Shown here piece after piece: positions 53,060 to 64,000 of a DNA stretch of 64,000 bases. The stretch spans positions 68,956,210 through 69,020,209 of the forward strand of contig NC_068988.1 of the NCBI RefSeq assembly GCF_001194135.2. The letters are read 5' to 3'. The notes under the pieces are model-generated. The model was not told the origin of the DNA, searched no databases, and worked only from the letters and a program-made list of their open reading frames with translations. Positions within the stretch are counted from its first letter, which is position 1. Each line of letters starts with the position of its first letter. The stretch comes from Octopus bimaculoides (taxonomy: Eukaryota). The position numbers and the translations under genes were made by a program.

Positions 53060-53939
53060 TACGCGCAAACATGCATATGGGAGAGTTTGTTGTGTAACAT
53101 ACAATCATAAAAACTGTCTGGCATCTGGCTTCTGAGTCTTGCAAGATAATAACTGTGATGATATATAGCAGTGAATCATGGCAGAGGAAACTAGTAAATT
53201 TTGCAGCAAGTGAAAGTAGCTGTGTAGAAGTGAGAGATGGCATTATTATTGTTTTATATAACTAACATGACAATACAGAGTGTGTACAGGAAATAAATAT
53301 TAAAGATTATGGAAAGCCCAAGAGTTAAGTGTAGAGATATAAAAATGTCATGCACATGTTGCATAATTACTGCATCTCTTCGTTTAAAAGAACAATAGGT
53401 ATTCTTGTCAGAAATATAAAATCACATGCTGTCTATCAGAAGTAAACTTCCTTCATTTTGTTTCCAATTTATGTTCGTTGTCGGTCTTGGTTTTAATACA
53501 ATCATTAATGGTTATGTTAATGATAGCAGTGTTGTTTAAACATAAGACATACCTAATCAAAAGAATTTCATCAGTGCTAGTGGAAGAAATATAAAAGTTG
53601 TTATATAGAGGTTGAAAATATAAGAGTAAAGAGTAAGGAAAGAAGGAATGAAAACCATGAATATATTATGTTGGTGGAGTGTGAAATAAAATTGTTCATT
53701 TTAATATGGAGTAGCAATGAGTGGATACAAATGAAATTGTATCTCTGCTTTATCTCTCTGCTCTTTGGTTCATGACATTCCAATTGTAACCATTCTGGCT
53801 TTCATTGATACATGATGAACCTAGGATTGCATTATCCTTCCTTTCCTTCCTTTCTTTAATACAGTAGATTGCTAACTGATGAGCTCTGGGTGCTATTTCT
53901 AAGAGGTCAAGAGATGGTTAAGTAAGTTATATAACACAA

Positions 53940-54290
53940 TCTGCCTGGCTGATGGCAGGCCTTACTTTTTCTCTTTCAATTGTTTGAGCTGGATGAGACG
54001 AATGTGCTATAGCCTTCATGGGCTTGCTAGAAGTGAGATCGGGAAGAACTTGTGCCAATGGTATTCACACACTTAAATGGCCATTAGCAGCTTTTGTGAA
54101 CATCTTGAAGTTGACAGTTTAGTGAAAATCTGATCAAGAAGAGAATTTCAGGGGGACAATGTTCTGGAGTGAGAGACTGAATCTCGAGGAAGGACAGACT
54201 ACGGTTGGTGAAAGAGAGAGAGGAATGTTTAAGTCAAGGAAGGTCTGTGTAGTGGTGACACAAGATGAAGGAGCAGCAGAAGGAGCTGAG
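53940..54290 (-). mobile_element. Possible decayed CR1-like LINE fragment (pre-RT region)
   Basis: Weak resemblance on minus to the KA.GPDGI / W..A...PI.K region. Confidence 0.3.
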
Positions 54291-54859
54291 ATACTGTTTA
54301 AATTGTATCCACTCCATTGCTACTCTATCTTAAAATGAACAATTTTATTTCACACTCCACCAACTTATAAAATATTCATGAATTTCATTCCTTCTTTCCT
54401 ACTCTTTATACTTACATTTTCTTTTATCTTTTACTTGTTTCACTCATTTGATTGTAGCCATGCTGGGGCACCACCTTGAAATTTTACTTGAATGTAAATA
54501 ACAACTTTTATAATATTTCTCCCACTAGCATTGATGAAGTTCTTTTGATAAGTAAGATATGAAATAGCGATTGAGGGAGTATGAGTTACAAACAGTCACC
54601 ATGGTGATAGATGTCAATAGAAGGACAACCAGAAACAGAGGAATTGATGCCAAGCAGTACAAGAGAATAAATGGAGGAATGCATTGGATATCAACAAATC
54701 CAATGCAATTCTAAATAAATGCACATTCATATACTCGTGTGCGTATGTACATGTATACATATATGTATATACATACATGTTATAGCAGATATGGTCATCT
54801 CAAAAAGAAAATTAACTCAATACATGTCTAAAGTATAGATTTTTATTGAGGGAGTTGAA

Positions 54860-55175
54860 GATGGAGTTCCTTGTGGTGATTGATCAGTTTACGGTGATGT
54901 TTCTTTATCCAAAAGAACTGTTTAGAAGTGGTTCACAAGGTTCCAAGCTGGAGATTGTAGCCTTATTGATAAGGAGAGATCAGGCAGACCATCCACTACA
55001 GATGATGACCGAATCAAGTCATTAATTGAGAATAACCCACTTTGCACAACCTGAGAATTGGCAGAAAGCCTCAACCTATCAAAATCCGTCGTCCATGAGC
55101 ACCTAGTAAAGCTTGGGTACACAAATTGCTACAATGTTTGGGTACCACATGAGTTGAGTAAAAAGAACCTTTTGG
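54860..55175 (+). mobile_element. Mariner N-terminal (HTH) relic truncated by a LINE
   Basis: VYGDVSLSKRTV*KWFTRFQAG..DKERSGRPST..ENNP.CTT*ELAE.L..VWVPHEL. Confidence 0.88.
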
Positions 55176-55189
55176 AAAATCGGCACATA

Positions 55190-57125
55190 CTTTCCGGACA
55201 ACCCAATATTAACATCTGTCTTGACTGAATATGTCAATAGTTTTTTAAAAGATAGTGGCATCTTCTCTAATGATCAAAAAGGATGTAAACATGGGTCCTA
55301 TGGTTGTAAAGAGCAGTTACTCATCGACAAGGTGATCTTGGAAGATTGCCACAAACAACACAAGAACTTGTTGATAGCTTGGATGTCTGGAAATGTATAA
55401 AATAGCACCTACTCTGTGAAACGTCTTATCTGTAAATATGAGATCATGGAAAACTACACTGACTTTGAACAGTGACAATGAATCCCTCAATGCTGGAGAT
55501 TTAAGAATTTCATGTGTCATTTTCCAGTGCGACTCTCTATCACCACTCCTCTTTTTTCTAGCCTTAATACCTCTCTCAGAGTTACAAATACCGAGGGGAA
55601 TTTGAAGGTGATGGGATCAAACATTCAGGGATGAGGGAAAAGATCAGAAAAGAATGTTATCACAGGGTAAGGGCAATACTCAAGACAGAGCTGAATGCAA
55701 GAAACAGGATCGAAGTGATCAATACTTTAGCCACACTGGCGGTGACTTACAATTTCAATATTATAAACTGGTCAATCATCAAAATCTGTAACGGCAGAAA
55801 AATTTTTTAAATTGTTGACAATGCATAGAATGCACCACTCTAAGGTAGATATAGAATGACTTTATCTGCCAAAAACAGAGGGTAGCCGTGGACTTTTACA
55901 ACTGGAATTACCAATGAAGATTGCCACAATTGGCCTAAATACCTATTTGAAAAACTCTGAGGAATAGATATTAAAAGTTGTCTCAAAACAGAAAAACAAG
56001 AAAATGTCATATTTAGTAACAAAACAGGTCAAGAAATATCTAAGTGAATTCCAAATACAACATATCTCAGAATTAGCCATACTGGAAGCAAGCACAAAAA
56101 TGTTAAGCATATAAAAAACCATGCTAAAACTGCTGCCTTAGACATTCTTACTGACAAACGGCAAGAAAAACCTCTCAATGGCAAATACTCAAAGAGAGCT
56201 AATAATGCCGATGTTGACAAAGCACTTACCCATCAATGGTTAGTGTCTTCTGGTTTAAAATCAAAGACAGAAGAGTTTATCATAGTAGCCCAAGATCAAT
56301 GCCTACCTACAAGGAGCTACCAGGCCAACATATTAAAGAACAACAGTAGCCCAACATGTCGTGTATGTAAACAACAAAATGAAACCATCGATGATACTGT
56401 CTCCATGTGCAGTCTTCTTGCACCTACAGAGTAACTCAACAGGCATGATAGAGCAGCACAATATATTCACTGGGTAATTTGCAAAGACTTGGATCTGCCC
56501 CATGATAAAAACTGGCGGGAATACGAACCACCTTCAGTGCTTGAAAATGATCACATCTCACTCCTCTGGAACTTCACCATTCAAATTGGCAGAAAGATAG
56601 ATGTGAATAGGTCAGATATTACACTGAAGGACTTCCAACAAAATTCATACATCTTCATCAATATGATTGTCCCAGTCGACATAAATGTATCTGTCAAGGT
56701 TTACCAAAAACTGAGCAAGTATAAAGATCTCGAAATAGAAACTGGCAAAATGTGGAAACTCGAGACTAAAACAATACCTGTTGTCATAGGTGTCCAAGGA
56801 ATGATAGCAAAACGGGCTGATTCCTACCTAGCTCAGATACTAGGAAATACAAAAATGGCAGAAATTCAAAAAATAGTGCTCATGGGAACAGCCCATATCC
56901 TATGCAAAATATTGTCTATGTAATCCCAAATTTTAAAAGAAACTTATTTTCTTATGTCTTCTTAAACATTCTCTAGAACAATACTTTATGCAAAACCAAA
57001 TATATGGCACCCTAGTCATAATACCAATTTGAACTTCTAGCTTGTCTCTCAAGGTCTCTGGAGTCAACTTGTACAAATACAAAGCAACAGTCAAACATAT
57101 AATAATAACAACAACAATAATAATA
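55190..57125 (+). mobile_element. R4/Dong-like LINE, copy 2 (RT, CCHC, RLE, 3'UTR, (AAT)n tail)
   Basis: QKGCK.GSYGCKEQLLID, IFQCDSLSPLLF, TEEFIIVAQDQCL.TR, CRVC..ETIDD.VSMC, RHD..A..IHW, KYKDLEIE..KMWKL.T..IPVVIG. Confidence 0.92.
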
Positions 57126-57126
57126 A

Positions 57127-57325
57127 TCCTTTCTAACATAGGCACAAGGCTTGAAATTTTGTGGGAGAGAATGAATCAACTACATTGACCCCATTGTTCA
57201 ATGGTACTTATTTTCTTGACCTCAAAACGATGAATAGTGGAATTTGAACTCAGAATGTAAAGACAGACAAAATGCCACAAAGCATTCTGCCTGGCAGGCT
57301 AACGATTCTGCCAGTTCGGTGCCTT
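57127..57325 (-). mobile_element. SINE family B between (AAT)n tracts
   Basis: cctttctaacataggcacaagg...ggaatttgaactcagaatg...gcc. Confidence 0.8.
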
Positions 57326-57359
57326 AATAAAAAATAATGATAATAATAATAATGATGGA

Positions 57360-57660
57360 CTCTCCTGATGATATACTTAAAGATGGTATGTAAGTGTTAA
57401 ACTTTTTCCACACGACCTGCACAAATGATATGTTTATAATGATCAAATGTATGTGCCATACATTAGATCACTCTCTTCATCAAGCCTGTGCTGCCTGAAC
57501 AAGTGCACAGTGTAACCATGTATCAGGTGTTGAAGTGATCATAGAGCAATATGAGCTGAGGTGTTTTGCTCAAGGACACAACACACGACCCGGTTTAGGA
57601 ATTGAAACTAGGACCATGTGATTGTTAGTACAACACCCTAACCACTAGGCCATGCATCCA
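57360..57660 (-). mobile_element. tRNA-derived SINE, family C
   Basis: Minus head ggatgcatggcctagtggttagg..gtttcaattcc; body tgtgtccttgagcaaaacac. Confidence 0.75.
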
Positions 57661-57689
57661 ATAACAACAACAACAAGAATTATAGTAAT

Positions 57690-57903
57690 GATTTCATATT
57701 TGGACACAAGGGCAGCAAGTTCAGGGGAGGGGGCCAGTCGATTACATTGACCACAGTGTTCGGCTTGTACTCTTTTTATCAACCCTGAAACGATGAAAGG
57801 CAAAATCAACCTCAATGGAATTTGAACTCAGAATGTGAGGAAGAAAAAAATGCTACTAAACATTTTGCCCAGCATGCTAGCAATTCTGCCAGCTCACTGC
57901 CTT
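57690..57903 (-). mobile_element. SINE family B
   Basis: Same motifs as 57127-57325. Confidence 0.8.
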
Positions 57904-57971
57904 AATAATAATGATAATAATAATATGATGATGATGATAGTAATAATAATAATAATAATAATAGTAATAAA

Positions 57972-58700
57972 CGGTTCTGACCTTAAATGTGGATTCTATG
58001 GCACATTTGACAAAACAGTAGACCATCTCTTTTTGGGATGTCCTGTGCTGACACCAAACGAAGGCAAAAGTTGCCACAATAGGGTAGAACAGAATTTACA
58101 TTGGAAAATATGTAAACACTACAAAATCGTACTGGTATGAACATCCTCCTGAGCCAGTTGTTGAAGGTAAATATATCACTATCCTCTGGGATTTTCGAGT
58201 CAACACTGACCGAACAGTCCAGGCTAATCGACCAGACATAATTGTTAAAGACAGAGAAGAAAATACTTGTAGACTAATAGATGTAAGTGTTCCTACTGAT
58301 AAAAATATATCTGTAAAGGAATTTGAAATATCAAGTAAATATAATGAGCTGGAAATTCAAATACAAAAGATATGGCATCTTAAAGCGAGCACTGTTCCTG
58401 TTATTGTAGGTGTCCTAGGTATGATAAAAAAGTAATGTCAGAAACATCTAGATATGATCCCAGGGGAACCATGTCTCAGAGAAATCTAAAAGATTGTGCT
58501 GACAAGTATTGCCCACATCCTTAGAAAAAAAACTTATCAATTTGAATGTCTGTGTTGTATTACATGAAGATATTTCGCTACTGCCCCTGCCACTTCCCCA
58601 TCCCAAGCTTTTAGTCATACTGCAACATCTCTTATCCTTCACTTGCCCCAGGATGCTGGGGTGTCTCAACAAGTGATTGTAACAAATATGCAGATTAAAA
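57972..58700 (+). mobile_element. R4/Dong-like LINE 3' fragment, copy 3, flanked by (AAT)n on both sides
   Basis: KCGF..TVDHL..GC, HW.ICKHY, ANRPDIIVKD..LIDVSVP.D, KY.ELEI.IQK.W.L..VPVIVG.LG. Confidence 0.88.
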
Positions 58701-59319
58701 GTAATAATAATAATCATAATAATAATGATAATAATAATACAGTTAGTAATCTGCTACCCACATAGATACTACCAGGAAGAAGACTGAACCAAAATAATGG
58801 TAATAATAACCTCAATATTTGACTTGTGCTTTATTTTATCAACCTCAAAAGATGAAAGATGAAGTTGATCGTAAGATTTAAAAGCAGAATATAACGTACT
58901 GTAACAAATACTGCAAAACGTTTTGGTAGATGCTCTAAAGATTCTACCAGTCTACACCCCTAACATTAATAATAATACCATATATATTTATAGAAAACTT
59001 GGCCCAATGTAAATGTCAACCTAATAACAGGTCAATATTAGCAAGTCCAGGAATTATCCCATATATATATATATATAAATGGTACATTGTGGATAAAATT
59101 TATTTGCATGGTAGCCTATTATCGGTATGTGTTTTGATGTACTATTCAGACATTTGATTACAGATATCTTTAAGTTCTCTGTTGAACCAGCAATGTCAGA
59201 CAATAGCATCTCTTTCTGACTCAACTGAGTTCATTTCTTATAACATTTGTGAAAAACAACAGTATAGTTGAAGTTATATGGTAACAAATGGGTTATAATA
59301 TTGAAATTGTTTTATATAA

Positions 59320-60560
59320 AAATGCCCTCCAGAAGAATAACATACAGCTGCTTTAAAGCTAAAAGTTACTGAAGTTTCTAAGAAGCCAAATAACTATGTT
59401 GTACCTCAAAGAAAGTAATGAAAAATTGGAGAAAGTTATCATTCGAACATCAGACAATACCAACAGGGAAATATACAAAGCCATGACGATATCCACAAGT
59501 AGAGAAAACCATTACAAAGTGAGTATTAGAAAGTCATCAAAATGGATATTGTGTTGTGCTGTCTACCTAATCCATGCACAAAAGGAAACAAATAAGAATG
59601 GAATTGCAGATTTTTAAATAAGTGGTGCAGTAGCATGACTTAGGGTTTCAGCAGAGAACTAAGATCACACAAATTTTGCCTGGTGATTACAGTTTTTCCA
59701 GTTTGTAATCAGAAATCAATAGAAGGAAGACTAGAAGTTATCATGTATGGAGAACACAACTGAAATGCCAATTGCACTTGACATGACAGAGAGTGGAACT
59801 GTAAATCATAAAGGGGACAAAAACTAGTATTTATTTGAATCCTTGTTTGCAAGAAATGTAGAATTACTTTATATCTTTCTTGTATAGTTGATATTACGTG
59901 GTCAAAACCAATGGTTATTTTCAAGAGAAAATCTCAGTCAAAGGACCAATTACAAATGCCCTTTCCTTTCCCCAAAATTATAGTTGTCATCCATGTGCAT
60001 CCACAAGAGTAAATGAATGAGAATGGATGTAGTAACTGGATAAAAGAAGTTTGAAATATGTGACCAGGCGAAGTATGAAAAGAAAAGAATTTGCTTATCT
60101 GGGAGCATATAAAGGACATTGTTATTAACCTCCAATTAAAAACACTGTCATAGTTGATTTTCCAAACAGGCTTACAATTTTTCTTTCTAAATTTTTAGAT
60201 ATTAGTATCCATAAGGCTTTGAAAGACACCATGAAAACCTAATGGAATCACCTGCTGTGAAATGGAGAAAAATCAAGCACCAAAATGACAGTTAGTGAGC
60301 TTCATGACTGCCTCTGATCTGTTAATGAACTATTGATTTATGGGAGAAAGTAAAAGTTGACATTATTGTCAAATATGTTGAGAAATGTGGGATTTCAGAT
60401 TTGTTGGATGGTACAGAAGATGATTATGCATCATTTGACATGGTTGAAGAAATAGACAATGTGCAGTCTCTAACTACAGAAAGCAATCATGAAGATGAGC
60501 CTTATAATATCATTTATCTTGGTGATTGTGAAGCTATATGCCGTGGTGAAGTATATGATT
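59320..60560 (+). mobile_element. Decayed pogo transposase (POGK-like, Brinker-type DBD plus DDE_1)
   Basis: FKAKVTEV, TEMPIALDM..GTV.HKG.K, VIHVHP.E*MNENG..WI.EV, WEKVK.DII.K..KCGISD.LDGTEDD. Confidence 0.75.
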
Positions 60561-62481
60561 GTTCAGGATTATAATGAAGTTCTGTGTTTGAAAATTTGAA
60601 AATATACCATGTAATTATAATTTGAAACTAGAATGGATTTCTACTTCACTTTTACATGCATAAATAAAAGTTTCTAATTCATTTTTGCTTCTACTGACAT
60701 CGTTTTTACATTTGTTTTATTTTTTGATTTATGTTCATGGAAAAGAAGAAAATCTTTACTGTGTAGGTTGTTGTTTTCATGGGTAGTGATGCTGTATTTC
60801 TACATCCTTTATTAATATAAATACTGAAAGCCTTAAAGTATCTTGAATTATTTAGAAATGAAAGTGCAGCACTGAAATACAATACCTCTGAGGAGTGTGA
60901 CTTTCACTGAAATTTTAAAGTAATGTGGTTGGAGAGTTGTGATACAAATCACTCTGAGCAGAGCATGTTAAACGCACCAACAGCCAAACAGGTATCAGCC
61001 ATGAGAACATTATTATAGTAAATTAGTGGTAATATGCAATAATTATGAGATGTAAACTGATTTCACTAAGCTAGTGTATTCTACAGGATGGATCTGATTT
61101 AAAGGGCTGGCATAAATATTCATATGAGCTACATGGTTTTATCGTTGGTTGTTGTTATTAAGTACCTTGTGTCCTCTGGTGTGTGAACTGGATGTTTTTA
61201 CTATAATTCACTGATTTTATTTTTCATTCAGTTATATATGATTTGGGCTTCTGCTACTGGTTTGGTATTTCTGATTTAAAAAGTAAGTTTTATTCAAAAC
61301 TAAATACAAAGAAACAAGAAACAGAAGAGATAAGAAATGAAAAGAAAGAAAAAGAAAAAGGTGGGGGTAAAGCAGCATAAGAGGAGAGGGAGAGGTGATG
61401 GGCCATATACACCAGAACAAATGGTGTGCTCAGCTGTACTCCCACTATAATGACTGGGATAACATTGCCACTAAGAATGGCCAGCAACACGCACTGCAGC
61501 AGCCACTCCACCTCATGAGGCTAATTTCTCTGATGGTTCACAGTTATCCCAATTTTGCAGAGGAAATTGGTAGCACAGGGTCTGAGAACAGCTGTCATCT
61601 CAACTGTGACCAGCACAAACTGATTTTAACATGAATTTAAATTTCTCAATTGTCCTAAATCTAATTTTTAAAAATTGCTTAAATATTTAAACTTTTACAC
61701 ATGTATATATGATAAAACATTATTTTATTTTGTGGCCAGTAAAATGCAGTTAAGATTCATGTTGCCAAAAGGCATATCCCAGGTATATATTAACATCAAA
61801 ATTATTTATTGTCATCTCTATTAACAGTCTTCTAATTATATTTCTACTACCTTGCGGTAATTAGTTACATTCTGAGTTGAAATTCTATAGTGCTTGACTT
61901 GCTTTTATTCTTACAAGGTCAATAAATAAAATATTAGCCAAATACCAAAGCCAGCATTATATATTGTACCCTGCCATAAAAATTTCTGGCCTAGTAGTTT
62001 ATGTAAAAAATCATTATTAATTAGTTAGTGATTGGAATGCAATTTGTCAGAAAGATCTAACAAAATTATGATGGAAAATTTAATGTGCATTTGAATCATA
62101 GAATTAAGAATACTGATAACTGGACTTGTATCATAAATCCAGATGCAGTCACAGGCTGGTGTCACAGAACTAGAGATCATAGGATGATATCATAAAATCA
62201 GAGGGAGTGGGCCTCAACTGTGGTTTTAAGAGATGCAGGTGGTTTAAGAGATGCATTAGTACTTTAAAACAGAAGAAGACTCAGATGTATCGATACCAAA
62301 ATGGTTAAAAGTCTATAGAAAAGCACCTTTTAATTTTTGGTTAACTTTTATGATATTTTCTTATATTGTGTATTTACAAATTTCTTTAAACTTTGCTGGT
62401 CTCCTCGATATGATAAATGTTGGAATGAAGAGATAACAAACAGATAAAAGAACTCCTCATCCTCTCAGCTACACCAGCATG

Positions 62482-63965
62482 CAATCATCATCATCGTCAT
62501 CATCGCTTTCCCTGCTGGTATGGGTTGGACGGTTTCACTGTGGTCTGGAGAGCCAGCAGCTGCACCAGGCTCCAATCTGATCTGGCAATGTTTCTACAGC
62601 TGGATGCCCTTCTTAATACCAACCACTCCGAGAGTGTAATGGGTACTTTTTACATGCCACTGGCACGAGGGCCAGTCAAGCGATACTGGCATTGACCACA
62701 CTTGAATGGTGCTTTTTACATGCCACCAGCATCGGAGCCAGTCGACATTTGGTAGACTCTCTTTCTCCCATTCATTCTCTTCATTTAGCAACCTTTCATA
62801 GTGGTGTCTCCAAGTCTCTCTCCTTTCAGCCTCATTAAATGCAAGTGAGCCATCATCCTATGACATCACGATTCTCTCTCACACACTGTCTTGCAACATG
62901 AAACACTTCAAGTCTTTGGTCCTCATGACACAAAACACAGACAAATTTTTTTGCTCCCCTCTAGCTAAGTAAACCTGTCTCCTAGATTCCCTTCTGGCAA
63001 TCTGATACAATTCCCTGCTACCACCATTCTTCCAGTCCTTCAATGCCTTTTTCTTTTCCCTAATAGCCCTGTCAAATACATTGTTCCACCACCATGTTAC
63101 CTTGAGTTGAGAGGTGACTTTACACCATCCACAGATCTGGTCAGTAGCCCTCAGAAGGTTGCCTGTTGAAACCTCTAGTTGTCTTCCACATCATGGGATG
63201 CTATATCCCCCTCTATTTCGTCAAAAGCTTTGAGTAATACATCTCTAAATCCCTGTCCAATCACAGGATCTTTAAGCTTCCAGACCCTTCTTTTCCATGC
63301 TGGTTGTCTTCTGGGAATCCATTTAGCCCTGGTCCCAAAGTCGCTAACTACTAATCTATGTTGTGGGGTGCATTCTTCACCTGGGAAGGTTTTGGCATTT
63401 ATAAGTAGCCATCTTTCCCATTTCCTGGCAAGGTTGTACTCAATTTGACTAGTGTATCCACCAGATCAGTAGGTGAATAGGTAACTGACTGGTTTCCTGA
63501 AGTTAGTATTACAAATCATAAGATCATTTGCATCGCAGAACTCCAGCAGCCTGGTTCTGTCCTCATTGCAGGAACCAAAATCATCGCCTCCATGTACACT
63601 ATGGAAGCCCCCTGCATGTTGCCCATTGAAGTCACCAGCCACAAAGAGAAGATCCCTGTCATTTGTCAACGAGGTAGTCTGCATGAGACTGTCATAAAAT
63701 CGGTCTTTCTTTTCATCAGGTAGCCCTGTCTGAGGGGCATAGGCCAAGATAATGGTTGCTAATTCACATTGCAGCACTAATCTAAAGTATTCTATCACAG
63801 ACTCTGACTTGATTACCTTATCAACCTATTTCTCTGCAAGAATTAAACCCATGCCCCCGACCCTGTCAGTGTTCCCTGCCCAGAAGATTTTATACCTATG
63901 ATTTTTACTTTTGAGAAACCTAGCAGAACTTCCTCTTCGCCTTACTTCTTGGATGCAGGACAAAT
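62482..63965 (-). mobile_element. RTE LINE with APE domain joined directly to the 3'UTR (RT deleted)
   Basis: Minus AYAPQTG, LFVAGDFNG, LLEFCDANDL.ICNTNFRKP, HYERLLNEENEW..LPNVD, then the 3'UTR at 62740 and a (TGA)n tail. Confidence 0.88.
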
Positions 63966-64000
63966 CTACACATCTCTGTTCAATCATATATATATATATA

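Noticed and set aside
61395-61634. 79-aa ORF in slightly GC-richer unique DNA
   Set aside because: No motif or splice support; length within chance.

Overview
AT-rich eukaryotic genomic DNA from a gapped draft assembly (N runs at 6607-7158, 7742-7841, 29379-30095, 42227-42236). The SINE/RTE families and very dense microsatellites suggest an octopus or other coleoid cephalopod (inference). No intact protein-coding gene can be supported; there is at most one or two orphan candidate exons on the minus strand. The window is mostly decayed transposable elements: several tRNA-derived SINE families, RTE LINE fragments and tails, three R4/Dong-like LINEs with a restriction-like endonuclease, CR1-like fragments and a Penelope-like RT fragment. 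It also holds a Mag-like Ty3/Gypsy LTR element lacking RT/RNaseH and nested in a SINE, three mariner relics, a pogo relic, a Buster-type hAT transposase relic, hAT/pogo/piggyBac-type MITEs and a probable Helentron-associated element. The most notable item is a near-full-length U6 snRNA retrocopy joined to a retroposon 3' tail, i.e. a U6 chimera, inserted antisense in an R4/Dong LINE (36492-36663). Family assignments come from motif recognition by eye, not database searches, and many boundaries are approximate.
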